A stretch of DNA of 55,763 nt, filler included, from Sphacelaria rigidula (lineage: Eukaryota), in assembly GCA_964200075.2 (NCBI GenBank). It is 5 parts of 5 records of this genome, joined end to end, with 100 filler letters (N's around TTAATTAATTAA, not from the genome) between each part and the next. Parts side by side here need not be neighbours in the genome. Positions count along the whole stretch, not along the records: positions 1 to 11,074 come from CAXNAA020005430.1; positions 11,175 to 22,247 come from CAXNAA020005431.1; 3 more parts are not named here. One strand, 5' to 3'. The position numbers and the translations under genes are program-made. This document shows, piece after piece, positions 1 through 11,280 of the stretch; position 1 is the first letter of the stretch, and every line of letters begins with the position of its first letter. The notes under the pieces were generated by a model. The model was not told the DNA's origin, ran no database searches, and saw nothing but the letters and a program-made list of their open reading frames with translations.

Positions 1-934
1 CCAGCCATTTTTCGTACCTTTCTTAGGCAAAAAACGAGAAGGTATACCTTTTCTAGGCCATTGCCCTACATTTTATCACTAGTGGCGCGCGAAGAAAAGC
101 TCCAAAATAACTACAAAACAATAGAGCCAAATTTTTTCGACCAAAAACATGCGGTCGAAAGACACGGAGCGGCACTTGACTCTCATCTTACAGATCACCA
201 CGCCAGATAACACCAGTTCACAGAACCATGCATACTCCATCCGAGTCATTCTCAGCTACCACCGTAACCCTGCAGCATGGAGCACGAGTTGAGCACAAGG
301 ATAGATACACTACAGTACTTGGGTGTGCTTTGTTTTTGTTGTTGGGGAGAACTTGCGTATCTTCTTGCATGGCAGGGATCAGCGAAGAAACTGGGTGGTA
401 CGGTGGGCAACCGTGTTGCGAACACGCTCATGGACAATTCAGGCAGCACAAAGCTGTATGTTCTTGAAATCCTTTTCACGGCGCAATGTAAGCGGAGAGA
501 ACTAGTAGTCCTGGGCTGTCTGCACTGCACGTTGCCCGCTTCTATTTTTAAATCGTCCTGTACGAAATACGCACACAGGCACTCAAGACACACTGGTTGC
601 AAGCAGTGCAGACAATGCAGACTGTACTGTACGCGAATGATCATGTACCGCTTCACAATTTTCACTTTCTTTTTCCGACCGAAAGCTCGAAAATTCGCTT
701 GGACCCACTCGAGAAAAAGGCGAGATTCGCGCTCAAATCAATTCCGCTGTCCCATTTTTTCGATCGACAAAAAAATATCAAGATACACCCGGAGAGCTCA
801 CACCCAAAATAATGTGACTGGAAAGATGATCCTTAATTTGTTGCCAGTCTTTCGTTCTTTTTCCTGACTGGGTATGAATGCTTGTGCTATGGCGCGAAAG
901 AAGTTCTTCCGCCGGAAGCCGTGTTGAAGTAAAA

Positions 935-1344
935 ACGGTATCTTATAAATTGGGGATGGATCTTCTGTTGGGGATGGGAAACCCGGAGAATCAAAATCTT
1001 CGTATCCACACCAAAACTTCGAAATATGCTTCAATGTTTTCACCTACTGATGACCATTGACAACTGCTACACGCCATAGAAATTTGGATTCCCACCACCG
1101 AACTATTGGGATCCTACGTGAAAAAATATTTATGGGAAATTTGGGATGTCCGTTATGACTCCAAAACTGGTTCTTCACGTAAGACCCCCAACATTTCGGT
1201 GATGGAAATCCAAATTTTCATGTCGTGTAGTAGTTGCCAATAGTTATCAGTAGGTAAATAAATGGAACCATGTTTCGAAGATTTGGTGCGGATACAAAGA
1301 TTTTGAATCTCCGGGTTTTTCATCCTCAATTTCTAAAATCCCGT
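935..1344. mobile_element. Foldback/MITE-like element (~410 bp imperfect palindrome)
   Basis: The left arm (acggtatcttataaattggggatg...aacccggagaatcaaaatcttcgtatccacaccaaa) is the imperfect reverse complement of the right arm (tttggtgcggatacaaagattttgaatctccgggttt...catcctcaatttctaaaatcccgt). No clear TSD. Confidence 0.7.
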
Positions 1345-2384
1345 GTACGTGACCGGCTTTTTTTTTTTGTCCTTGTTTCGTTTGTTTGATATTTTTTCTG
1401 TGTTCATGTCTGTTCCACCTTCAACAAGGTTTTCGTGAGATGAAGAGTGGAGGATACGTTTGAGGGTGAAAAGCGGTCAATTAGTGAATGAATCGTTTCA
1501 GTTCCGAAATGCCCCACCACCAGGCCCAATATGCTTTCTGTAGTAGCTTGTCACTGAGGCCCTTGGTATCCATGAGTAGGATATCGATGTAGCTGTAAGC
1601 ACACGCCAGTGGTGGAGGCAAGGAAATGTACACACAAAATGAAGAAATGGCGAAGTTCGAGCGAACGATCGAAGCCACTCTCAACCAGCGCTTCACTCTC
1701 AAACTCACGAAGCGTTGTTCTTCCTGTTTTTTTCACATCCCTTCAGCGAGTGTTTCTGTCTCGTTGTATCTCGGGTTCGACCGCCATGTGATCACGGCTG
1801 GATCTCTGGGGGATCAGTAAATGTGTGACAACCAATCAAACGAGATAAATCAGTCAATCCACATTTAGCGCAGTTTTCATAGACGGAGGGGACGAAATCG
1901 TACATGCATGTTTGTGAAAAAATCCCGAGGTCTTGAGTGTTTGATTATGTGGAATCCCCCTGGATTAACCCGTTCATAAGGTTCCCCGTTCCCCCATATC
2001 CGCCGGGGGCCTAAAACAACCAATGGAGCCAATCGAAGTTAAATGCTATCGATCGATAAAAACCGCGAGCTTTCCGCGAGGAACGTGCATGTTTAGCTTC
2101 GTTACTCTACTTCAGACACCCACTGTGAGAAATAGCTGTCGACTACTGTACTCGGGGTTTCTTCCCCAGATTGGCTCGTACGCACTTCGGGGGCACATCT
2201 TTGCCTGGGTACCACCCCCCAAGAATACTGAACGTCACCTTTGTGAGCCTGGGTGCGTTGTTTTCAATGAACGGGTATTCTTACTCGTACTGCTCACTAC
2301 ACCCGTAGAGCTAGCTGGAAGAACATGAAGTTCTTGTAGTCACGTCCGACATTCCCTCCTCTCATGTAAATCTTCTTCACATGA

Positions 2385-4085
2385 TCACGACCCCTTGGCA
2401 AGGCGCACGAAAACGCGGCCGCCAAACTCCGATTGTTTTCGTAAGCCACGCCAAACCGCTTCATCTAGAGGCTGTTTGAAGGAAGCACCAACCGTTAGTT
2501 TCTGCAGAGAGGCAGGCCACTCCACCTTGTCAACAGGCTGGTTGAACAAGTCACCGAATGTCAGTTCCTGCAGCGACGAGGGCCATTCCACATCCTCAAT
2601 GGGCTGGTTGAAACAAAGACCAAACGTGAGCCGCCGCAGCGAGGCAGGCCACTTCACCCCTTCAATACACCGATCAAAAATATTCCCGAAAGTCAGATGC
2701 TGCAACGAGGTAGGCCATTGCACACCCTCAATGGGCTGGTAAAAATAACTCCCGAATGTCAGCTGCTGCAACGATGCAGGCCACAACACGTTATCAATGG
2801 GCTGGTTGAACAGAGTGTCAAAGGTCAGGTCCCGCAATGAGGCAGGCCATAACACCCTGTTAACAGGTTGGTCGAAATAATGCCCGAATGTTAGCTGTTG
2901 CAGCGACGCCGGCCACTCCACATCTACAACAGGCTGGTTGAAACAACTACCGAAAGTCAGCTGCTGTAACAGTGCCGGCCACACCACCGCCGCCACGAGC
3001 TGGTTAAACCCATCTCCAAACTTGAGCACCTTCAGCGAAGCAGGCCACATCACGCGGTCAATGGGCTGGTTGAAAAGAGTGCCGAATGCAAGTTGCGACA
3101 GCGAGGCGGGCCACGTCACTCCATCAATGGGTTGGTTGAAGGAACCGCCGAACGTCAACTCGCGCAACAACGCAGGCCATATCACTGCGTCAACGGGCCG
3201 GTTAAAGCTATATCCGAGCGTAAGCTGCTGTACCGAAACAGGCCAGTTCACACCCTCAATGGGCTGCTCGAAGTAAAGACCGAATGCCAACCGCTGCAGC
3301 GACACGGGCCACTCCACCCCCTCAATTCGCTGGTCGAAATAACTTCCGAAAGTCAGCTGCTGCAGCAACGACGGCCACATCGCCGTCTCCACACGCTGGT
3401 TGAACCCATCCCCGAACTTGAGCAACTTCAGCGAGGCCGGCCACATGACGCCGTCAATGGGCTGGTTGAACAATTTCCCGAAAGAAAGCTGCGTCAGCGA
3501 GGCAGGCCACATCACCCACTTGATGGGCTGGTTGAAGGAATCCCCAAATGCCAGCTCTTGCAACGACGCGGGCCACTTCACCATGCGTATGCTCTGGTTA
3601 AAACGGAAACCGAGCGTAAGCTGCTGGAGCGAGGTAGGCCATGCTACCCTGACTAAGGGCTTGTTGAACTTTGACATATTGCTTTTACCTCCATCAAATT
3701 TGATCCTCCTGACCCCCGCCGGCCATACCACATTTTCCAGACCGCGCTTGAACTTGTGCTCAAATTTTATATCCTTCACGTTTGCCAAAAAGTTCACCTC
3801 GTGAGACATGAATTCTGCATCCGCACACGCCATCCAAGTCACGCTGCGTGGTCTCAACAACGGAATGCGGCTCACAGCCGTACCATACTCCTTATCGGCG
3901 CCGTTCATACGAGTCGAGGGCTGCTCGGCACAAGTGGTCCATAGCCGTGGTGGTGTATCTCGGCCTACCCTCACCTGCAGGGTGCTGACGCTACGACAAA
4001 CCTGGCACAACTGTATCGACGTGAGCTGCAGATTCTTCGTGGGCAAGTACGAGCCTTTTTCGGTGCCAGCTTCGAAGAGCGCCAC
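2385..4085 (-). CDS. FNIP-repeat protein (about 19 tandem 22-aa FNQPIxxVxWPxSLxxLxFG repeats)
   Basis: A 566-codon uninterrupted ORF with clear FNIP repeats. The ORF-track start is GTG; the true start may be the ATG of MNGADKEYG (~3908) or an upstream exon. Confidence 0.9.
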   Translation of the reverse strand: MALFEAGTEKGSYLPTKNLQLTSIQLCQVCRSVSTLQVRVGRDTPPRLWTTCAEQPSTRMNGADKEYGTAVSRIPLLRPRSVTWMACADAEFMSHEVNFLANVKDIKFEHKFKRGLENVVWPAGVRRIKFDGGKSNMSKFNKPLVRVAWPTSLQQLTLGFRFNQSIRMVKWPASLQELAFGDSFNQPIKWVMWPASLTQLSFGKLFNQPIDGVMWPASLKLLKFGDGFNQRVETAMWPSLLQQLTFGSYFDQRIEGVEWPVSLQRLAFGLYFEQPIEGVNWPVSVQQLTLGYSFNRPVDAVIWPALLRELTFGGSFNQPIDGVTWPASLSQLAFGTLFNQPIDRVMWPASLKVLKFGDGFNQLVAAVVWPALLQQLTFGSCFNQPVVDVEWPASLQQLTFGHYFDQPVNRVLWPASLRDLTFDTLFNQPIDNVLWPASLQQLTFGSYFYQPIEGVQWPTSLQHLTFGNIFDRCIEGVKWPASLRRLTFGLCFNQPIEDVEWPSSLQELTFGDLFNQPVDKVEWPASLQKLTVGASFKQPLDEAVWRGLRKQSEFGGRVFVRLAKGS

Positions 4086-7036
4086 GGTGAAGGCATCGAG
4101 ACATAGACTGTGGCCTGGGACAACGGTAAATCAAGAGCACTCGCGGGGTTGAAAGAGCCATGGATGTACTGACATCTCCAGAGTGTCACAAAATGGCCGC
4201 GTCACTCAATTCCAAGGGTTGAGCACACAGACAAATGCCATATGACTTCCATATGTAGCAAGCTCAGTATCATGTAAGACCCAGCGGGAACCGCGGGTGT
4301 AGCTGATGGCACCTGGACAGGCAGCCAAAGAAGGCATAGCTGCCCATTACATCCATTCCCTACATCATGCCCACAGATGAAGGGATTGTCGCCTGATCTT
4401 GTCATCATACACAGCGCGAATTTCAAGCCATTTGGTTTGTGGTAGGCTTCATGTGGCGTGTAATATTCGGCCGGTAGGTGAATGCCATTTGGGGTGTCCA
4501 CGTGAGTTCAAAACAGCCTGGCACCAAAATCACTGCGATTTGTAGCGCAAACATTGGTTCGAACTCTATGGCACAGCCCTGTTACCTGCTTCCATGTCTC
4601 TTTCGCCTTCACAGACGCCAGCTTCTGTCTTTCCGAACCCATCAGCAGGCATTGTACCGCAAAAGCGCTCTGCACTTGTGGTAAAGCGATGACCGTCGGT
4701 AGTGTGATACTGCACAATGTATATCTTCTTCTGTACCTGAGACATCAGTGCAATGGGTACTGATGAGTTAGGGTACCCTAGTCATGTATGGAGCTCGAGG
4801 CTCATGGCAAAAATACAAGCTCAGCTGTCGTGAGGCATCGAGAAATGTCTTAAAGCCTAGACAGGACAGCGGTTGGGTGGACTGATATCTCATGCTTTTG
4901 CAGTACGACGTTTAGTGTATCCCAGTATTCGAGACCCAGGAGAGCGGCCGTTTGTCCTAATTATTGAGAATTACGTCGCACGTTCGAGGGTCAACGCTTG
5001 AGACGTGCGTTGGGCAGCGGCGTGCCCATGTCAGGGAGCCACATATCGGGTGCCCTTACGGACAAAAGGGTAGGACAAGAACACACCCGACAGGAGAGAA
5101 CAGGAAAATTTCCTGTAGGCTTCCCCAGAAACGAATGGCGGCAGTCAAATGTTGATGATAGCGATGCAGCAGGGGACGCCTGGAATGGCGCTTCTGTTGT
5201 TGTCCAGAGCACGGTGCTTATCACGTTAATTTTTTGGTGTTCATTTGCAAAAACGCGGTTCGTTTCTGTTCAACAATTGATGTGCTGTTCTTTAATTATC
5301 CGCTTCTTCCAGTATTATTCTTGAACGCAGCCCACCAAAGGTTACTTCTTGTGATGCGGGAACATCCTTCCGGGAAAAAAGTCTCCAGCATGGAGAGTGT
5401 TTCGCCTGAGAGGTGTATTTCCCGTCCATCTCGTCGAGGAGAACAAATTAGTGTAGGGGGGGGGCAAAGTTCGTGGGAGATAGGGTTCATAAAAAACGCC
5501 CCCGATCAAGCACCCCGCACGTCGTTGTACAGAGAGTACACGGCTGCCAACAGCACGGTACAGGCAGCACACACAGTGTACGCGCAGCAGCAGTATAATA
5601 CAGCCTATGCCGCCGTCCAGCAGTACAGGCAGTTTATACAGCCGCATACTCCGTGAATGCACGCACAATCAACAGCAGCACACTGTATTGTACGGTAAAT
5701 GGAATACAGTCACACAGACAGACACTGTACAGTATATTCAAGCGCGGAAATATGCAGTACAGGCATTGCACAACGGCAAAGAAAGCACAGCGGCCGCTGC
5801 TCCCTGGGCCGAATGAATGATTATGAATGGCGACAAGAATCACGCGTGCGGGTGTTCCATCAGAAACTGTCAAACGTTTTCAACGTCGAAAGGAACGGGT
5901 TCGGGAACTGGTTTGTAGCGAAGGATGTCAGGAAAAGACGTGACCCAAACTCTCTCCGGAGCCTTTCTCGAATAATAGGAAACAGCCCGTTTCCTGTCGC
6001 CCAACGACATGTTTCTCCAACACAGCACATAAGTCACACGGCAATGCTCGTTGAAGCATCGATTTGTGTATATTTTTCGGCAAGCTTGTAACCGTTTTTT
6101 CCAATTCGCCGGGCGCGATATCTGGCCTCACGTTATATATAACTTATTCTAGCAAATTCCCCCCACAATATATTGACCATAACTGCTGCAAACCCCGCGT
6201 GCCCCGTTTTCCACGTTTTGGATCGCTTCCTAACGATTCACGTTCCGTCTGTTTTGTCATTGTCGACAACACGAAGCTCACAAGAAAATGACTGCGGCTG
6301 CCGCAGCAATGTAAGCAGCCAATAATACTCTCTAGAGTCCTCGGGGCAGTGCGGGTGTCTTCAGCGTAGTGCTGCCTGGCAAACGTCGACCACATTTCTG
6401 CAAAGTGCTTCCGTAACACTCAACCGCAACAGTCAACGGTACCGTCAGCACAGCAGAGCATTCGGCATCGCTCGATCACTTTGCAGTTCACCCTTCAAGA
6501 TTTTCACGCGTCCGATACAGCGGCGAGAAGCTATTTACTCTTCAGGCACTGTTTGGTTTCATTTACATGATTTCTTCCATGGTTGTGCGGCGATTCTGAC
6601 GTGGAAACGTATATCTAGTGAAAGCTCTCGGCAAGGGCTTTCCAACGTGGAAATATCTGGTTGTGAATTCGAGAGCTAATCCTTCGAAAGTCAGGGTAGG
6701 TCATCTGGGTGTTACACTATTCTTCAAGCGTAAATGATACAGGGTCGCCAGATGACCCACCCTGGTAGGCAAAAAGAGTCGCTAACAAGAGTCATTTCAA
6801 TCATGTGGATGTAGTTGGGAAAATCGAATTGTTTTATTTTTACAGCTGTTGCGAAATTCTGTACATGTTACGGCGGGTGACCTCTGTGCAGACGCCAGTC
6901 AATACAGCAGAGCGACGAAAGCTAGCCTCAAGACCTTCGCGGTCGGCGGTTAATGGCGTGGCTGTCAAATGCAACGACAAGGGGTTGATCATAGAGCAAC
7001 TCTTGTTCCTCGTGTGGTCATATCTCGCCCCAGGTT

Positions 7037-7705
7037 GTGATGCATGACTTACTCACATCGGATTTGATTCTTGAAAGCTGCTGTACCAAGATGTTCAAGC
7101 AGCCAGTGTGTGCTCCAGATCGCATGGACGCACCCCTCTGCACCACGCTAGCAACGGTTACGTCGCCACCATAGGTATCGTTCATCACTCCGCAGGTCAA
7201 CAAGGTCGCCACAAGTGTTTGATCTCTCATACATCCCCCCCTCAACTGGTGTGTGACACGCTCTCGTGGTCGGGCACCCAGAGGGTCACATGTCGGGAAA
7301 AATCCCCCCAAGTTCAAATTAGATCTGTTATTATTGCCGCAGGGCACCGTCCTTGCTGGCATGTGTGTGGTAGAGAACGGTAGCGATGACGGTAACACTG
7401 CCCTGTTTTTCAACGACACGTTTATAAGCGCACAGAGGCACATCCTGTCCAAAAAGAGAGGCAGAGAGAAATTGATATTTGCATTGGTGAGCTCCGACAA
7501 GAAGTGACGAGATCCCCCCGCACCTCGATGTTCTTTGGGGGACTGTGCGCAGCAATATAATAACATGCCCACCGGTACATGAGAAATTGGGTACATCTGG
7601 TAACATCGATGATGCCAGATTCTCGAGCGATTGGTAATCGCCGAGCGAGGACACATAAAGGACACGGGCGAGGAGGCTCCTCTCTGTCGTTGCTTCTCTC
7701 TCTGG
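7037..7705 (+). repeat. Dispersed repeat, copy 1 (~670 bp; TE/LTR-like, unclassified)
   Basis: Alignable by eye to the reverse complement of 24261-25385 once the MITE in that copy is removed. Confidence 0.8.
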
Positions 7706-8183
7706 GTAACTTTCAACGCAAACCCATGATGTTCATGCTACTGCGGATGCTGCCCTTGCTCGGGTCTCAAAGCGCCTAGTCACCCTTCGGGATCTGACGA
7801 CGCATTCGCTCTCGGATGTGTTGCAGTCCACGCAAGGTCACCGCTTACTATCTTGGTGAGCACAGTATCCACGCTCAGACGCCTCGGTTTGCCACCCAGG
7901 CTGAATGACACACCAAGGCGGGTTGGGAGATAGCTATTGCAGAGTATACCCTGAAGTCCCGCTACTCTCTGGACGACAGCCTGCTGGCTCCCATATTAGC
8001 GTTCAGATACCGACTAAATCGGTCCCTCAGCGCCAGCCCCGATGACCAAGGTCGTATGCAACGAAACCAGACGTCAAACTACCAACCCTGGGTTGGTTAC
8101 GACATGGACGGTAACGTGGCAGACCTCACTCCCCGCTAGCGTGGGTCTTGACAGTCTGGGCCTGGTAATGCAGAAATATCACC

Positions 8184-10990
8184 ATGAGTGCCGCAGGGCA
8201 GCAGGTGGAGAGTGGTTCGGGTGCGGGGGAGGAATCCCGCGTTGATATGGAGTTGATACCTGTGCAGGAGTATGAAGATTATCAGCGATTGAAGGCTGAT
8301 CCGACAGCGATATCTTCGGGTACAGCAGCAGCTGCTCGCCAGGGTCAACGATCTGCTCCTGGACTTCCGAGGAAATTACCGTTGGATTTCGGTACACAGG
8401 GAACTCCACTCGGTGGGTTGATCAGCGCTGGGCGCGATCACCCAGGAGAAGAGGCGGGGGCGTGACGCGCTTCGGCGCTGCGGGTATCGACGCCTCTGGT
8501 GCTTTTGGGTTAGCAGGTACTGGTATGGATATCTCTAGTCCTAATAGGGTTGGCAACCGTTTGCTGACGGAGTCCGGTAGTTTTAGCTTAGCGTTGCTGA
8601 ACTCAGTAGACAACAGGACGCTTGGAGCGAGAAGTGTTCGTCGTTTCCAGAACGACAACAGGGATGCATGGGTGTCGTTTAAACGTGTTGTTGAGCGATA
8701 TGCGCTCATATACGGGTTTTGATATGCTTTGCACAGAGACGCCCCGTTGAGTATGGAACCTTTCAACGAGCCCGAGTTTCAGAGGCTGGGTATAGTAGTC
8801 ATCGACATTAAGAGGGCACGATTTACGTATATTCTGTTGGATAATACTGTAAAGGATCCTGTGCTAGACATATCATCACAAAGGTTAGATTGCCGTCCGG
8901 GGCTTGGCGTGCATGGGATAGTCACCACTCGCGGAGTACCACTGGTGCCAACATGGATGTCATGGTTGAATTCAGGGACCTTAGGTACAGTAGGGGGCAG
9001 GGCCTCGAGGAAGTCTGGATGAATATCGAGGTCATACAGTCGTGTGCTAGAACATTAGGTGTGGACATTGCGGACGAAATTGCAGTCAATAAATTTTCTG
9101 TCTTTCCTTCCCCCCGACGTCACTTTTGTACGAGGCAATTTCGGTATGGAACGGAGACTGATGCAAAACAGACAGTAGGTTGGAAAGGAGCTGATCACAA
9201 ACGCGCCCTGTTTGCAGGGAGCGGCAAGTTCTTCGCCGAGAAACCCAATGGTGAAGGGCGTGGGAGCAAGTCGACAAAAACAGCGACAGGGGCGGACAGT
9301 GGTGAGGGACAGAGTGAGGGGAATAGTGCTGGTAACTCTACTGCTCATGGCGTGTCGACTGTGGGGACGAAAGATGATACAGTATGTTACGGATGCGGCA
9401 AACCTGGACACACCAGGTTGCGATGTCCAGAGCGTGTCTGCCAGGAATGTGGAGGAAACGATCAGGGTCCAGGTTTGTATAAGGTGTCAGCAATGTGCAC
9501 ATATGATGGCTTCAATGCATCAGTTGATTATGGTTTAATCGCTAGGGCAGCTGGTGATGTACAGTTTGCGTCTGTGACCGATGTACTTGAGGACGGCCAA
9601 CCCGTGATGAATGTGATTAACAAGGAGTTTTGGATTGCGAAAACTGCTGCGAATTGCCACATGTCTCTATCGAGTGCGTCAACGTTTGACTACGAGCAAT
9701 GTAAGAGCAGAACGGTGACAGTCACCAAAAGTCAGACAGTACCGATCGTAGGCCATGGCAGAATGTCAGCCGCAATGCGAAGCCGTGATGAAAATTTCAC
9801 CTGCATTAACAGCAATGTAGCTTACGTTCCTGACTTATTTGTTCACGAACTCATTATCCCTCCAGAGTGTGGTGGCTGATCAGTGTTTAGCTGTGAACTT
9901 GAAAGAGTGAGTGCGCAATAATCACAATTCCTGATGGCAGGTAAACTGTTTGTCATCAAGTAGAGAGCATGATACTATGACTGTGACTCGACTTCCACCG
10001 CCGCCTGGTGCATCTGGTATCGTGAAAGTTCACCCAGATGAAACCGCGAAGGCTGTGCTTACTCCCGGAAAGATGCCTGTTAATCTCGATGCAGTTGACA
10101 TGAGTATTTTTTCATCAGTCCCACGGTCACTTGCGCGAGGTTTTGCTACGCGAGACGGCGAAGTAGCGAGGGGTGACCTTGGTGGGCGAGTTCGTCGGAG
10201 TGCAGCGGGTGCACACTGGTGAAAGGGTTGCGAATACCCATTCCTACATCGATAGACACACGTGCGGTTGAGCCGTTAGACAGAGTTTTCACGGATGCAT
10301 CTGGTCCGAAGTCGGCAGAGTGTTGGAGGAATGAGGTATTTGTCTCTGATTCGGCATGAGTTTCAGCGGAAAATCTGGATGTACTTTGGAAAACACAAGT
10401 CTTGACACCACGAGAGCTTTTGAGCACTTCCTTGCGGATGTTGGGTCTAAGTGTATTCCCTCGGTGGTGAAAACCGTGAGATCTGATGGTGGCGCGTTTA
10501 CGGGGTTTTTTAGTGATCTCTGAAGGACACGAGGAATCAGACAGGGATAGACGCCGGCAGATAGTCCAGAGGACAATGGTGTAGCTGAGCGCGCAAGAGC
10601 AATCGTAAAACAGATGTTATGGCAGGTCGCATTCAAGCCAAAGATCTATACGGTGTAGATGTCCCAGATAGATTGCGGGAAGAGTTGTTTCGCTAGGCAA
10701 CAGATGCTTCAAACCGATCTGCCACTACCGCCAACCTCGAAAAGAAGTTGCCAGATGGGACTTTTTACCGTCAAGGGCCTGAGATCAAACTCCTTCCTTT
10801 CTTGAAACCACGATACTGTAAGGACAAGAGGAGGTCCAAGTCTATGCCTGAAGCACAGGGATGTTTCATTGAGGGCCCGCGAAAAACTACCCTCACGACG
10901 CAACGCGGATGCAGACGAAAGGCAGGTTCGTCATCATGACTCATAACGTCATCTGGCGTTGTTTAACTCCTACGCTCTCCCAGTGTGCGG
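8184..10990 (+). mobile_element. Degenerate Ty1/copia LTR retrotransposon (gag, protease and integrase remnant)
   Basis: Zinc knuckle CYGCGKPGHTRLRC, decayed protease WIAKTAANCHM, CSGC pre-integrase, and integrase motifs RVFTDASGP, VRSDGG and PADSPEDNGVAERA in copia order. Multiple stops and frameshifts; the element runs to the contig end. Confidence 0.85.
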
Positions 10991-11074
10991 TTTTGGCTTC
11001 CATGGGGGGGGGGGGGCGTACTCATTTGTTGCTTGCCTTAGTCGTTTGACCATTGACCACGCATCTCTTTCGAG

Positions 11075-11174
11075 NNNNNNNNNNNNNNNNNNNNNNNNNN
11101 NNNNNNNNNNNNNNNNNNTTAATTAATTAANNNNNNNNNNNNNNNNNNNNNNNNNNNNNNNNNNNNNNNNNNNN
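11075..11174. other. Artificial 100-nt contig linker
   Basis: N44 + TTAATTAATTAA (stops in all six frames) + N44. Confidence 0.98.
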
Positions 11175-11280
11175 CCCCCCTCCCTCCTCGCCCACCCCGT
11201 TACCATTCTTAGGATCACCGCTACAGGGAATGCTCTACACGCGCTACAACCCACAATACGCTATCCCTTGCAGCAAGTAC

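Noticed and set aside
2395-3804. Plus-strand repetitive ORFs
   Set aside because: Antisense shadows of the FNIP repeats.
4202-4740. Possible last exon of PRORP (GIHLP/WHSP resembling the WHxP motif)
   Set aside because: It lies on a different contig from PRORP and the similarity is weak.
5520-5770. ORFs over CAGTACA/CAGCA-rich sequence
   Set aside because: Low-complexity simple repeats with no coding signature.
7703-8153. Candidate 5' LTR of the copia element
   Set aside because: There is no second LTR in the contig and no clear PBS, so boundaries cannot be supported.
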